Assembly (NCBI GenBank): GCA_020632695.1
Contig: JACKFB010000003.1
Span: 321,061 to 385,060, forward strand
Source of the DNA: Deltaproteobacteria bacterium
Lineage (GTDB): Bacteria; Myxococcota_A; UBA9042; PHBI01; JACKFB01
Length of the DNA stretch: 64,000 nucleotides
Direction: 5' to 3'
Shown here: positions 31,717-41,058 of the stretch, one piece after another
How the letters are laid out: the number at the start of each line of letters is the position of its first letter
How positions within the stretch are numbered: the stretch's first letter is position 1
Notes under the pieces: generated by a model
Seen by the model: only the letters and a program-made list of their open reading frames with translations
The model's database searches: none
Told to the model about the DNA's origin: nothing
Program-made: the position numbers and the translations under genes

Positions 31717-32166
31717 ATGACCGACCGCTTGCGAACGCTCTACCGCGACCTGGTGCTCGACCACGGCCGCCGCCCGCGCCACCGGGCGACCATGGCCGGG
31801 GCGGATCGCGTGGGCGAGGGCCACAACCCGCTGTGCGGCGATCGGGTCCGGGTGATGCTGCGGCTGGGGCCCCAGGGCGTCGTCGCGGCGGCTCAGTTCA
31901 CCGGCGAGGGCTGCGCCATCTCGACCGCGTCCGCCTCGGTGCTGACCGAGCTGGTCAGCGGCCTCACGCTCGAGCAGGCGGGGGCGCTCGCCTCCCGCTT
32001 CGAGGCGGCGCTCTCCGGCGAGCCCGCGCCCGACCTCCCCGAGGCGCTGGAGGCACTGACCGGCGTGGTCGCCTGGCCGGCGAGGGTGCGCTGCGCGAGG
32101 CTTCCGTGGGTGGCGCTGGGCCAGGCCCTGTCGGACGAGTCGGAGGTCGCGACCTCCGAGCCGTGA
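31717..32166 (+). CDS. SufU/NifU-N-like Fe-S scaffold or sulfur-transfer protein
   Basis: Start at Met 15 of ORF 31675..32166. GHNPLCGDRV and GEGCAIS Cys motifs of the IscU/SufU fold. Confidence 0.7.
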   Translation: MTDRLRTLYRDLVLDHGRRPRHRATMAGADRVGEGHNPLCGDRVRVMLRLGPQGVVAAAQFTGEGCAISTASASVLTELVSGLTLEQAGALASRFEAALSGEPAPDLPEALEALTGVVAWPARVRCARLPWVALGQALSDESEVATSEP

Positions 32167-32176
32167 GGGGGGCGGC

Positions 32177-33187
32177 TCACTCGTACTGGCGCAGCTTCCG
32201 CCAGAGCGTGGTGCGGGCGATGCCCAGCACGTCGGCCGCCTCCGACTGCGCGCCGCCGCAGGCGTCCAGCACCCGCAGGATGTGGGCGCGTTCGACCTCG
32301 GCCAGCGTCGCCAGCCCGGGCGCGCCCGCCGCACTCACGTCGCCCGCGGGCTGCGCGAAGCTGCCGCCGCTCGTCAGCTCCTCGGGCAGGTCGTCTGTGC
32401 CGATGGCCGGCCCCTGGGCCAGCGCCGCGCCGTGCTTGACCACGTTCTGCAGCTCGCGCACGTTGCCCGGCCACGCGTACTCGAGCATGAGCTGCTGCGC
32501 CGCGTCGGTGAAGGTGCAGGCCTCGGTCTTCTCGTCGGTGAGGAAGTAGAGCGCCAGCGCCAGCACGTCGGTGCCGCGGTCGCGAAGCGGCGGCACGGTG
32601 AGGCTGAGCACCTTCACGCGGTAGTAGAGATCCTCGCGGAACTGGCCCTCGCGCACGCGCTCGGCCAGGTCGCGGTGGGTCGCGCACACCACGCGCACGT
32701 CCACGGCGAAGGTCGCGTTCTCGCCGACCCGGCGCACCTCCCCGTCCTGCAGCACGCGCAGGAGCTTCGCCTGGAGCGCCAGCGGCATCTCGCCTATCTC
32801 GTCGAGGAAGAGCGTCCCGCCGTTCGCCGCCTCGAAGAGCCCGCGACGGGCGTTGGCTGCGCCGGTGAAGGCGCCCTTGCCGTGCCCGAAGAGCTCCGAC
32901 TCCAGCAGCTCGGCCGGCAGGGCCGCCACGTTCACCGCGACGAAGGGCTTGTCGGCGCGCGGCGAGTTGGCGTGCAGCACCCGGGCGACCACCTCCTTGC
33001 CGGTGCCCGTCTCGCCCATCACCGTCACCGGCGCGTCGCTCGGCGCGAAGCGGCCGGCCCGCTTGAGCAGCGCCTGCATCGCCGGGCTGCGTCCGACCAC
33101 CAGCGTCGAGCCGCCCACCCGGGAGACCATCGGCACGAGCCCGCACACACCGCACGCACGTCGCTGGGGTTGTTCCATGTGATGCAT
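32177..33187 (-). CDS. sigma-54-dependent transcriptional activator lacking a sensory domain (PspF-like)
   Basis: AAA+ sigma-54 interaction domain (GETGTGKE Walker A, GAFTGA loop, Walker B LFLDEIGEM) plus a C-terminal Fis-type HTH. Only about 30 aa precede the AAA+ domain. Confidence 0.85.
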   Translation of the reverse strand: MHHMEQPQRRACGVCGLVPMVSRVGGSTLVVGRSPAMQALLKRAGRFAPSDAPVTVMGETGTGKEVVARVLHANSPRADKPFVAVNVAALPAELLESELFGHGKGAFTGAANARRGLFEAANGGTLFLDEIGEMPLALQAKLLRVLQDGEVRRVGENATFAVDVRVVCATHRDLAERVREGQFREDLYYRVKVLSLTVPPLRDRGTDVLALALYFLTDEKTEACTFTDAAQQLMLEYAWPGNVRELQNVVKHGAALAQGPAIGTDDLPEELTSGGSFAQPAGDVSAAGAPGLATLAEVERAHILRVLDACGGAQSEAADVLGIARTTLWRKLRQYE

Positions 33188-33271
33188 CTTGCAACGCCAG
33201 GCTGCGTCGCGTCCAGCCCTCGGCCGCCGCCCTCCCCCAGCAATCGCGGGCGCCGCGCCCGACCGGCACCG

Positions 33272-33288
33272 TTGGCACGGCTCGTGCT
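33272..33288 (+). promoter_or_regulatory. candidate sigma-54 (-24/-12) promoter upstream of ric
   Basis: TGGCACGgctcgTGCT matches the TGGCAC-N5-TTGCW consensus with one mismatch. Sits about 30 nt upstream of the ric start codon, divergent from the sigma-54 activator gene. Confidence 0.3.
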
Positions 33289-33318
33289 CTGTGTTCCAGC
33301 CAACCCGGAGGTCTCCCC

Positions 33319-33999
33319 GTGCTCGATCGCCATCAATCCGTCGCCAACGTCGTCCTCGACCACTCTGAATGCGCCGAGGTGTTCCAGCGCCACCGCATCG
33401 ACTTCTGCTGCCGTGGCCAGCTCAGCGTCGAAGCCGCCGCCCAGGCCCGCGGCCTCGACGTCGACTCGCTGGTCGCCGACCTGACCCGCGCCATCGCCGG
33501 CCGCGACGGCGCGCCCGCCGAGGACCCGCGCACCCTGTCCACCCCCTGGCTGGTCGCCCACATCGTCGCGACCCACCACGCCTACCTGCGCCGCGCGCTG
33601 CCCTTCATCACGACCCTGGCCGCCAAGGTCGCCCGCGTCCACGGCGACCACAATCCGGCCCTGCGCGAGCTGGACCAGGCCGTCGCCGAGCTGGCGGCCG
33701 CCCTCATCCCCCACCTCGACGAGGAGGAGGAGGTGCTCTTCCCGGCGATGATGGCCCGCCACGCCGACGCCCGCGCGCTCGCGCCCGGGCTCGAGGCCAT
33801 GACCGATGACCACCACGCCGTCGCCCGGCTGCTCGAGCGCATCCGCAAGGCCGCCGACGACTTCACGCTGCCCGACTGGGCCTGCACCAGCTACCGCACC
33901 CTCTTCGCCGAGCTGCAGAAGCTCGAGGCGGACACCTTCACCCACGTCCACCTCGAGAACCACGTGCTGCAGCCTCGCTTTTCGGCGGACGCGCGGTAG
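33319..33999 (+). CDS. ric: iron-sulfur cluster repair di-iron protein (ScdA/YtfE/RIC family)
   Basis: N-terminal ScdA_N motif (DFCCRG) and C-terminal hemerythrin-like H...E...H motifs. Confidence 0.8.
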   Translation: MLDRHQSVANVVLDHSECAEVFQRHRIDFCCRGQLSVEAAAQARGLDVDSLVADLTRAIAGRDGAPAEDPRTLSTPWLVAHIVATHHAYLRRALPFITTLAAKVARVHGDHNPALRELDQAVAELAAALIPHLDEEEEVLFPAMMARHADARALAPGLEAMTDDHHAVARLLERIRKAADDFTLPDWACTSYRTLFAELQKLEADTFTHVHLENHVLQPRFSADAR

Positions 34000-34008
34000 C
34001 CTGCGGCG

Positions 34009-34515
34009 ATGCATCTGCTCTACCTGGTCTCCGTCTGGCTGCACATCCTGGCCGCCACCGTGTGGGTCGGCGGGATGTTCTTCCTGGTCCTGGTCGTCGT
34101 GCCCTGGCTGCGCACGGGCGACCGGGACCTGGCGGGCAAGTTCCTTCGCGAGACCGGCGAGCGCTTCCGGTCGGTGGGTTGGGTCTGCTTCGGCGTCGTG
34201 CTGGTGACCGGCAGCTTCAACCTGTGGGTGCGCGGCGTGCGCTGGTCGAGCTTCGTCGATCCGCGCTGGCTCGGCTCCGACACCGGCAAGGCGGTGCTGG
34301 CCAAGCTCACGCTCTTCGCCGCGGTGCTCATCGCCAGCGCCGTGCACGACTTCGGCATCGGGCCCCGCGCGGCGCGCGCCATCGAGCGCGATCCCCGCGC
34401 GCCGGTCGCCGAGCAGCTACGGCGGCGCGCCTCGGTGCTGGGCCGCGTGAACGCCATGCTGGGGCTGGCGCTGGTGGCCGTCGGCGTGATGATCGTGCGC
34501 GGCTGCCCAGGCTGA
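34009..34515 (+). CDS. small integral membrane protein (CopD/DUF4149-like)
   Basis: Four predicted TM helices. Family assignment tentative. Confidence 0.5.
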   Translation: MHLLYLVSVWLHILAATVWVGGMFFLVLVVVPWLRTGDRDLAGKFLRETGERFRSVGWVCFGVVLVTGSFNLWVRGVRWSSFVDPRWLGSDTGKAVLAKLTLFAAVLIASAVHDFGIGPRAARAIERDPRAPVAEQLRRRASVLGRVNAMLGLALVAVGVMIVRGCPG

Positions 34516-34585
34516 CGGGCTGGACGTGTCGCGGCCGGCGCGCTCCAATGGAGCCGTCGCCGCGTCCCTGCCCCCGGAGTCGACG

Positions 34586-35167
34586 ATGAGCGCCACCCTT
34601 CGCGCCGCAGCCCTGGCGTCGACCTGCCTGCTCGCGGCCTGCGCCAGCCGCGGGGCCGCCGGCCCGGGCGTGTGGGTGTCCGCCTCGCCCGAGGCGCAGG
34701 CAGGCCAGCTCGCCGGGACCACCTGGGCGATGCGGCTCGAGTTCCGGGTGGAGGCCCGGCCCGTCCCCATCGGCGACGCCTGGGGCCTGGCGCTGCGCGT
34801 GACAGCCAAGAACCCCGTCGACGGCCTCTTCGAGATCGCCGGCCACCCGCCGCTGCGCCTGACCGGCCACCAGACGACCCGCGCCGGCGAGGAGATCTCC
34901 TTCGACGACGGCTGCGGCGGCACCCGCCCCGACCCCATCGTGCTGCGCGGCGGCGACCGCGTCCGCTGGAAGCGAAGCTACGGCCACGGCACCGACGAGG
35001 CGCTCCGCAGCGGCGAGCGCGTCACCCTCGACCTCGCGGTCTGCCACGTGAAGACCCCCGCCGGCGACAGCGTGCGCTCCATGCCCGTGGCCCAGGTGGT
35101 CATGGTCGCCGGCCCCACCGGCGATCCGCTCGTCACCATCTCCGAGCCCCAACCGCCCAAGCCCTGA
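34586..35167 (+). CDS. hypothetical lipoprotein
   Basis: Start at Met 21 of ORF 34526..35167. Lipobox LLAAC. No domain recognised. Confidence 0.5.
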   Translation: MSATLRAAALASTCLLAACASRGAAGPGVWVSASPEAQAGQLAGTTWAMRLEFRVEARPVPIGDAWGLALRVTAKNPVDGLFEIAGHPPLRLTGHQTTRAGEEISFDDGCGGTRPDPIVLRGGDRVRWKRSYGHGTDEALRSGERVTLDLAVCHVKTPAGDSVRSMPVAQVVMVAGPTGDPLVTISEPQPPKP

Positions 35168-35237
35168 CGCCACACCCCGCCGCGGCTCGCCTCCGGCCGG
35201 CTGGCGCCTCGGTGGGCCCCGCTCTATCCTCCGCGCC

Positions 35238-36902
35238 GTGAACCCGCCCGCCGAGCCCCCTGACCCCCAGCCCCCGCTGCCCGCCCGCCCGCCGCGCGCG
35301 CTGGCCTGGCTGCTCTGGTGCGGGGTGCTGGCCCTGGCGCTGTCCCGCCGCTTCGTCCTCGACGACGCATTCATCTCGTTCCGCTACGCGCAGAACCTGG
35401 CCGAGGGCCACGGGCTGGTCTGGAACCTGGGCGAGCGGGTGGAGGGCTACACCAACTTCCTCTGGACGCTGCTGATGACGCCGGCCTTCTGGCTCGGCAT
35501 CGATCCGGTGCCCTGGTCCCAGCTCCTGGGCCTTCTCTCCTTCGCCGGAGCCCTCGCCGCGACCGTCGCCGCCACCCGGCGCCTGCTCGGACCCTGGCCG
35601 GCCCTGGTCGCCCTGCTGCTGCTGGGCACCTTCCCGACGTTTTCCGCCTACGCCACCAGCGGCCTCGAGACGGCCATGGAGACCTGCTGGCTCGCCACCG
35701 CCGCCGCCCTGGCCCTGGGCGCTCGCGACGGCTCCGGCCCGCTCCGCGCCGCCGCCATCTCGCTGACCCTGGCGCTCGCCGTGCTCACTCGCCTGGACGC
35801 CACCCTCATCGGCGTCGTCGTCGGCCTCGGCGCCTTGACCCAGGTCCTGCGCCTGCCCCCCGGCCGCCGCCCCGCCTCCCTCGCGGCGCTCTTGCTGCCG
35901 GCCCTCGCGCTGCTCGGCGCGTGGATGGCCTGGAAGTGGAGCTACTACGGCGCGCTCCTGCCCAACACCTTCTACGCCAAGGTGGGCGGTCCCGGTCAGC
36001 TCCGCCAGGGCCTCCGCTACCTCTTCACCTTCGCCACATCCTACTGGCTGTGGCCCGCCCTGGCCCTGGTGCTGGCCTGCCTCCCCCGCCTCTTCGCCCC
36101 GCGCGCCCGGCCGGCCCTCTGGGCCCTCGCCGCCGTCGCCCTCCACGCCGCCTACGTCGCCAAGGTCGGCGGCGACTTCATGGAGTTCCGCTTCCTGGTG
36201 CCCGCGCTCCCCTTCGCCACCGTGGCGCTGTGCTGGTGCCTCTTCGAGGTCATCGGCTCGCGCGGGCTGCGCGCCGCGGTCCTGGTCAGCCTGCTGGCTG
36301 GCGGGCTCCACCACACCCTGACCTTCCGCTTCACCCACGACGTCGAGTCCATCGACGAGCTGGCCGCCCACCTCGACGCCCCTCCCCAGGACTGGCTCGG
36401 CATCGGCCAGATGCTCCACGTCACGCTCGCCCGCCACAGCCCCGACCTCGCCGCCGCGCCCCGCGTCGCCACCACCGCCGCCGGCGCCATCCCCTTCGTC
36501 TCGGAGCTCCCGGCCCTGGACCAGCTCGGCCTCACCGACGCCTGGATCGCCCACCACGGCCTGCCCTTCGGTGCCCAGCTCGGGCACCAGCGCATCGCGC
36601 CGGTCTCCTATCTGGTGGAGCGCCGCGTCCAGCTCGTGCTGGGGCAGCCCTGGCTCATCCGCCCCTCGCCCGCGTCGCGCCGCGCCTACGACTTCCGCGA
36701 GCTGCGCGAGCTGCGCGTCTTCCCCGGCGCCCGCCCCCAGGACTTCCCGGCCCAGAGCTCGGTGCTCGAGATGCCGCTCGACGCCCACCGCAGCCTGGTC
36801 GCCCTCTACCTGGTTCCCCACCCCGAGGTGGACGCCGCCATCGCGCGCTACCACTGGCGCCGCTTCCCCATCCGCGTGCCCGGCCCCGACGTCGTCCTGT
36901 GA
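35238..36902 (+). CDS. GT-C fold membrane glycosyltransferase-like protein
   Basis: About 10 TM helices. Conserved DDAFISFRYAQNLAEGHGLVWN...EGYTNFLW N-terminal loop typical of polyprenyl-phosphate-dependent GT-C enzymes. Family not pinned down. Confidence 0.55.
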   Translation: MNPPAEPPDPQPPLPARPPRALAWLLWCGVLALALSRRFVLDDAFISFRYAQNLAEGHGLVWNLGERVEGYTNFLWTLLMTPAFWLGIDPVPWSQLLGLLSFAGALAATVAATRRLLGPWPALVALLLLGTFPTFSAYATSGLETAMETCWLATAAALALGARDGSGPLRAAAISLTLALAVLTRLDATLIGVVVGLGALTQVLRLPPGRRPASLAALLLPALALLGAWMAWKWSYYGALLPNTFYAKVGGPGQLRQGLRYLFTFATSYWLWPALALVLACLPRLFAPRARPALWALAAVALHAAYVAKVGGDFMEFRFLVPALPFATVALCWCLFEVIGSRGLRAAVLVSLLAGGLHHTLTFRFTHDVESIDELAAHLDAPPQDWLGIGQMLHVTLARHSPDLAAAPRVATTAAGAIPFVSELPALDQLGLTDAWIAHHGLPFGAQLGHQRIAPVSYLVERRVQLVLGQPWLIRPSPASRRAYDFRELRELRVFPGARPQDFPAQSSVLEMPLDAHRSLVALYLVPHPEVDAAIARYHWRRFPIRVPGPDVVL

Positions 36903-36911
36903 GCCACGCGC

Positions 36912-37904
36912 CTACAGCGTGAAGAGCGCCATCACCGTCACGTCGGCCTGGTCCCCCGCCCGTCCCGGCCACAGGTCGAAGCTGGTGACCAGACCCAGCG
37001 CCAGGAAGTGCACGCCGACGTTGAAGCGCGCCCCGACGCGCGAGTCCTCGCCGAGCTGGACCGGCAGCCCGACGCCAGCGACGAAGGACATCGGCACGAA
37101 GACCAGCGTCGGCGTCGAGGCCTCGAGCTGCGGCGCCAGGACGTTGCGGCCGTGGAAGTCGCTGTCGAAGGCCAGGCTCATCAGCGCCCAGCTCGACGCG
37201 CCGGCCTCCACCCCCAGTCGCAGCGTGAAGCGGCCGTCGTCGCCGGTGGTAGCACCCAGGCCCACCATGGGGCCGCCGAAGTGCAGCGGGGCGGCGGGGC
37301 GGCGCAGCTCGACGCGCTCAGGCCGCCGCTGACCCGGCTCGCCCGGGCCGGTGAAGGTCTCGCCGCGCAGCACGCCGGTGGTCTCGAGCTGCACGCCCAG
37401 GTCGTAGGTGTCGGTGCGGGCGGCGGCGGGGAGCACGTCGAAGGTGAAGCGCGCCGCCTTGCGGCCGACGTGGCAGGCCAGGTGCCGCGCCTGCACGGCC
37501 GGCATGACCCAGCCCTCGCGCGCCTCGACGCCGGCCTCGGCGACGCCGGTCAGCTCGATGGTGGCCGGCGCGCTGCCGGGTGACAGGGTGAGGCGCCCGT
37601 CCGGGTCCAGCGTCGCAGGCTGGCCGTCCACGGTGACGCGGTCGATGGCCAGGGCCGGCGAGGTGTCCAGGGTCACCCGGGTCGGCCGGTCGGCGGCGCG
37701 CAGGCGCAAGAACCGCGCGGCCACGGTGCAGACGCCCAGGTGGCCGCCGCTGCAGGTGAGCGTCCAGGCGTCGGAGACCGCGCTCTCGGGCAGCTCGGAC
37801 GCGGGCGGCGCCAGCGGGGCCGGGGGCACGGGCGGGCGCATGGCCTGGGCCGGCCAGGCCAGGAGCAGGGCGGCCGCCAGGGGCAGGATGTACCGGGCTC
37901 TCAT
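36912..37904 (-). CDS. hypothetical secreted protein
   Basis: Signal peptide MRARYILPLAAALLLAWPAQA. No domain recognised. Confidence 0.5.
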   Translation of the reverse strand: MRARYILPLAAALLLAWPAQAMRPPVPPAPLAPPASELPESAVSDAWTLTCSGGHLGVCTVAARFLRLRAADRPTRVTLDTSPALAIDRVTVDGQPATLDPDGRLTLSPGSAPATIELTGVAEAGVEAREGWVMPAVQARHLACHVGRKAARFTFDVLPAAARTDTYDLGVQLETTGVLRGETFTGPGEPGQRRPERVELRRPAAPLHFGGPMVGLGATTGDDGRFTLRLGVEAGASSWALMSLAFDSDFHGRNVLAPQLEASTPTLVFVPMSFVAGVGLPVQLGEDSRVGARFNVGVHFLALGLVTSFDLWPGRAGDQADVTVMALFTL

Positions 37905-37916
37905 GGTCCCGGCAGA

Positions 37917-39485
37917 TTACGTCCGTCGCCGCCGCGGCGCCAGGAGCGCACCCATGACCAGGCCCAGGGCGGCGCCGCTGGCGTGGCCGAGGAAGCTGAC
38001 CTCGGGGGTGCTGAGGTCGAAGGCGGTGGAGGCGACGAAGAGCAGACCCAGATAGAGGAGCTCGCGCCGCGCGCCCAGGCTGCGGTGGGCGCGCCAGCGG
38101 ATGAACATGATCGACGCGATGGCGCCGAAGAGCGCCATGATGCCGCCCGAGGCGCCGGCGACCGGGTAGGGCGACTCGTTGGCCGGCGTCAGCAGGGTGA
38201 TGAGGGCCATCGAGCCTGGGGCGCAGATGGCGTAGAGCAGCGCCATGCGGGCGCGGCCGAGCACCGACTCGACGAAGCGGCCGAAGATCCAGAGGCCGAA
38301 CATGTTGAGCGTCAGGTGCAGCACGCCGACGTGGAGGAAGGCCGAGGTCACCACGCGCCACCACTCGCCCTCGAGGTAGGCGGCCGGAGCGACCAGGGCG
38401 CCCATGCGCAGGAGGTTGCGGACGTCGGTGGTGCCGCCGGGGATCTCCAGGGCGAAGACGGCCAGGTTCAGGGCGATGAGGGTGGCGGTGACCGCCGGGA
38501 AGGGGCCGCGACCGGGGGCGGCGAGGGTGGTCTGGGCGTCGGGCGGGCCCTCGGCGGCCAGGACGGTGTCGAGCAGGCGCGGCTGTCCGTGGGCGGCCAG
38601 GTCGAAGGTGGGGACCGGCTCGGCCAGGCGGCGTCGAGCCGGGCCGGCGACCAGCGGGTCCTGGCCCAGCGCCAGCGGCACCAGCACGGCCTCAGCGGCC
38701 TGGAGGTCGCCCCGGGCCTGGAGCGCGGTCCCCGTCCAGAAGGCGACGAGGCTGGGGGTGAGCTGGAGGAAGGGGCCTGCCTGGAGCGCGGCGATGGCGT
38801 CGGGCTGGCCGGTGAAGGCGGCATAGACCAGGCGGTTGTTGGCCAGCCAGCCGGGGCCCTGGGCGCGGCCCAGGCGCTCGATGACGCCCTGGTGGACCTC
38901 GGCGAGCCGCGCGGTCTGGCCCAGCTCGCCCAGGGCGCGGACGTAGTTGGAGGCGACCTCCGGCTGCATCAGCAGCTTCTGTCGCTCCGGGGAGGCGTCG
39001 ACCCAGGCGATGAGGTCATGCCAGCGCGTGTCCATGCGCAAGAGCAGCAGCCAGGCCTCCCGCGCGGCGCGGCCGCTGCCCCGGGCCAGGGCCTCGAGGG
39101 CGGCGCGGGCCTCGTCGCGGTGCCCCCGCTCGATGAGCCCCTGGGCGCGCAGCAGCTCCGGCACGGCGGTCCAGCCGTCGAAGGGGTGCAGCACCGCCGC
39201 GACCTGCGCCGCCACCCGGGCCCGGTCGAAGCGGCGTCGCGCGATGAAGCGCGCGGCGGCTCGGTTGGCCAGCGACGGCAGCAACACCATCGGCACGAAC
39301 ACGATGGCCCCGAGCAGCCCCGCGTGCGCCGGCACCACCAGCCAAGCCAGCCCCAACACGACCAACACCAGCCCGTGAGCGAAGAGCCAGCCTGGATAGC
39401 TGCGCCCGTACCGCCGCAGGATCGACACGAAGCCCAGCAGCGACGACGCGCCGACGAACCAGGCGAGAAGGGGTTCCAGCTCCAT
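37917..39485 (-). CDS. rhomboid family intramembrane serine protease with N-terminal helical/TPR-like region
   Basis: C-terminal HLTLNMFGLWIFG and GASGGIMALFGA (GxSG) motifs within six TM helices. Two N-terminal TM helices plus a soluble helical region. Confidence 0.8.
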   Translation of the reverse strand: MELEPLLAWFVGASSLLGFVSILRRYGRSYPGWLFAHGLVLVVLGLAWLVVPAHAGLLGAIVFVPMVLLPSLANRAAARFIARRRFDRARVAAQVAAVLHPFDGWTAVPELLRAQGLIERGHRDEARAALEALARGSGRAAREAWLLLLRMDTRWHDLIAWVDASPERQKLLMQPEVASNYVRALGELGQTARLAEVHQGVIERLGRAQGPGWLANNRLVYAAFTGQPDAIAALQAGPFLQLTPSLVAFWTGTALQARGDLQAAEAVLVPLALGQDPLVAGPARRRLAEPVPTFDLAAHGQPRLLDTVLAAEGPPDAQTTLAAPGRGPFPAVTATLIALNLAVFALEIPGGTTDVRNLLRMGALVAPAAYLEGEWWRVVTSAFLHVGVLHLTLNMFGLWIFGRFVESVLGRARMALLYAICAPGSMALITLLTPANESPYPVAGASGGIMALFGAIASIMFIRWRAHRSLGARRELLYLGLLFVASTAFDLSTPEVSFLGHASGAALGLVMGALLAPRRRRT

Positions 39486-39640
39486 CGCCGCGGGACGCTA
39501 CGTCCCCCCGAGCCGCGCCGCAAGTGTAGCGTCGGTGGCCGGGGCGGCGGCTACGAGCCTCGCTGGCGGCGTCGCTCCCTCGGGTCAGGCCTGCGACGGG
39601 CCTGGGGCCCGACTCGGCCTGCCCTCGCTCACTCCTACCC

Positions 39641-39830
39641 CACGGCGCCCTCGCTCGCCGCTGACGGCGCCTCGGTCAGTGGCGGGGTTGGAGCGTTCGG
39701 CTCGGCCGGGGCCTTCGGCTCGGCCTCGGCTGCGGGGTCGGACTCGGTCTCGGCTTCGGTCTCGGTCTCGGTCTCGGTCTCCGCCTCGGTCCCGGTCTCG
39801 GCCTCGGTCCCGCGGGAGTTCCTGAGCCCC
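39641..39830. repeat. about 190-bp GC-rich repeat element, copy A (ends in (gcctcggtctcg)n)
   Basis: First about 90 bp are near-identical to 40443..40530, then it degenerates into 9-12-bp GC-rich tandem units. Confidence 0.65.
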
Positions 39831-39915
39831 GCACTCTGAACGCACCCAGCGCTTGGAGCCGCGCATCACGTTCCGTACACTCCGCTTGCCAACGCTTGGC
39901 CGTGGGTACTGGACG

Positions 39916-40152
39916 ATGACGACCGCTGCGCAAATCAAGAGTGACTTCACCAAGTTGCCGGTTGGCGAACAGATCGAGCTGCTCTGCGAACTCTGGAACG
40001 ACCTGGCCCGGGAGCCCGGTGCCGTCGCGCTGAGCGATGATCAGAAGCGCGCGTTGGAACGCCGCTACGAACGCCATCTCCAGCATCCGGAGGAGGCCAT
40101 TCCTTGGGAGGAGGTCCGGGACAGCATCCGGAGCAGACGCAGGGAGTCGTGA
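39916..40152 (+). CDS. addiction-module antitoxin (TIGR02574-like putative addiction module component)
   Basis: 78 aa from Met 22 of ORF 39853..40152. LPVGEQIELLCELWNDL motif. Its TGA overlaps the GTG of the downstream toxin. Confidence 0.65.
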   Translation: MTTAAQIKSDFTKLPVGEQIELLCELWNDLAREPGAVALSDDQKRALERRYERHLQHPEEAIPWEEVRDSIRSRRRES

Positions 40153-40442
40153 TCCGCTTCCGACCTGAAGCGCGGTCCGATGCACAGTCGGCGTATGATT
40201 GGTATGAGGACAAGGAGAGCGGGCTCGGTGATCGATTGGTGGACGCCATCGATGCCCTGATGGACCGCGTCGACGCGAACCCCCGCCTCTTTCCAAAGGC
40301 CCATCAAGAGTTTCGGCGCGCAGTACTCTCCCAATTCCTATACTGCGTGTACTTCGTCGTTGAGCCGGCCTGCGTCCTCGTCGTCGGCGTTCTCCACGGT
40401 CGCCAGGACCTGCGTCGACTGTTGGAGCGCCTTCGTCGGTGA
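40149..40442 (+). CDS. type II toxin, ParE/RelE superfamily
   Basis: 97 aa. VIRFRPEARSDAQSAYDWYE...FPKAHQEFRRAVLSQFLYCVYFVVE is ParE-like. GTG start overlapping the antitoxin stop. Confidence 0.7.
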   Translation: MIRFRPEARSDAQSAYDWYEDKESGLGDRLVDAIDALMDRVDANPRLFPKAHQEFRRAVLSQFLYCVYFVVEPACVLVVGVLHGRQDLRRLLERLRR

Positions 40443-40680
40443 GTGCGCCCTCGCTCGCCGCTGCCGGCGCCTCGGACGGGGCGGGTTGGGAGTGTTCGGC
40501 TCGGCCGGGGCCTTCGGCCTGGCCTCGATTGCGGCCCCGGAGGCGGTCTCGGCCCCGGTCTCGGAGGCGGTCTCGGCCTCGGAGGCGGTCTCGGCCTCGG
40601 AGGCGGTCCCGGCCTGGGAGGCGGTCTCGGCTTCGCCTCGGCCCCGGCTCCGGCCTCGGGCCTCGGACGCCCTCTCGGTC
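40443..40680. repeat. about 190-bp GC-rich repeat element, copy B
   Basis: Homologous to copy A, beginning right after the toxin stop. Confidence 0.65.
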
Positions 40681-40749
40681 CCGGCGTCCGTGCTCGCGCC
40701 GAGGGCCTTCCGCTTGACCTTTGCGGTCGGCCTGCCAGATCCTCTGCTC

Positions 40750-41055
40750 ATGAACAGCACTTACGACACTGCCCGACGGCTCGCTCGCTTGCACCGGGTC
40801 GAGGATCCCGACACCCGGCAGGTCTACTTCTTCGACGCCCCCAACGAGGTACGCCTCCTCGAGATCTCCGACGCCGTCGGGTACACGGGAGAGGTCCTGC
40901 CCTTCCGATTCGGCGCGAGGCCCGACGTGGGCATCGACTACCCGTCCGTCGTCATCCTGTTGACTCCACAGGAACTTGATGAGCTGCGCGACGGCACGCT
41001 CTCGCTGCCTGATGCCTGGGGGGACCTCGACGCCTCGCGCTTGCTGGACGAATAG
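40750..41055 (+). CDS. hypothetical 101-aa protein (first gene of uncharacterized two-gene module)
   Basis: Start at Met 131 of ORF 40360..41055. No motif recognised. A 4-nt gap to the next gene suggests an operon. Confidence 0.5.
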   Translation: MNSTYDTARRLARLHRVEDPDTRQVYFFDAPNEVRLLEISDAVGYTGEVLPFRFGARPDVGIDYPSVVILLTPQELDELRDGTLSLPDAWGDLDASRLLDE

Positions 41056-41058
41056 GGG

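Noticed and set aside
33272-33288. Calling the sigma-54 element a confident promoter
   Set aside because: One mismatch in the -12 box, and the predicted start site would leave only about 20 nt of leader including the RBS. It is kept only as a low-confidence candidate.
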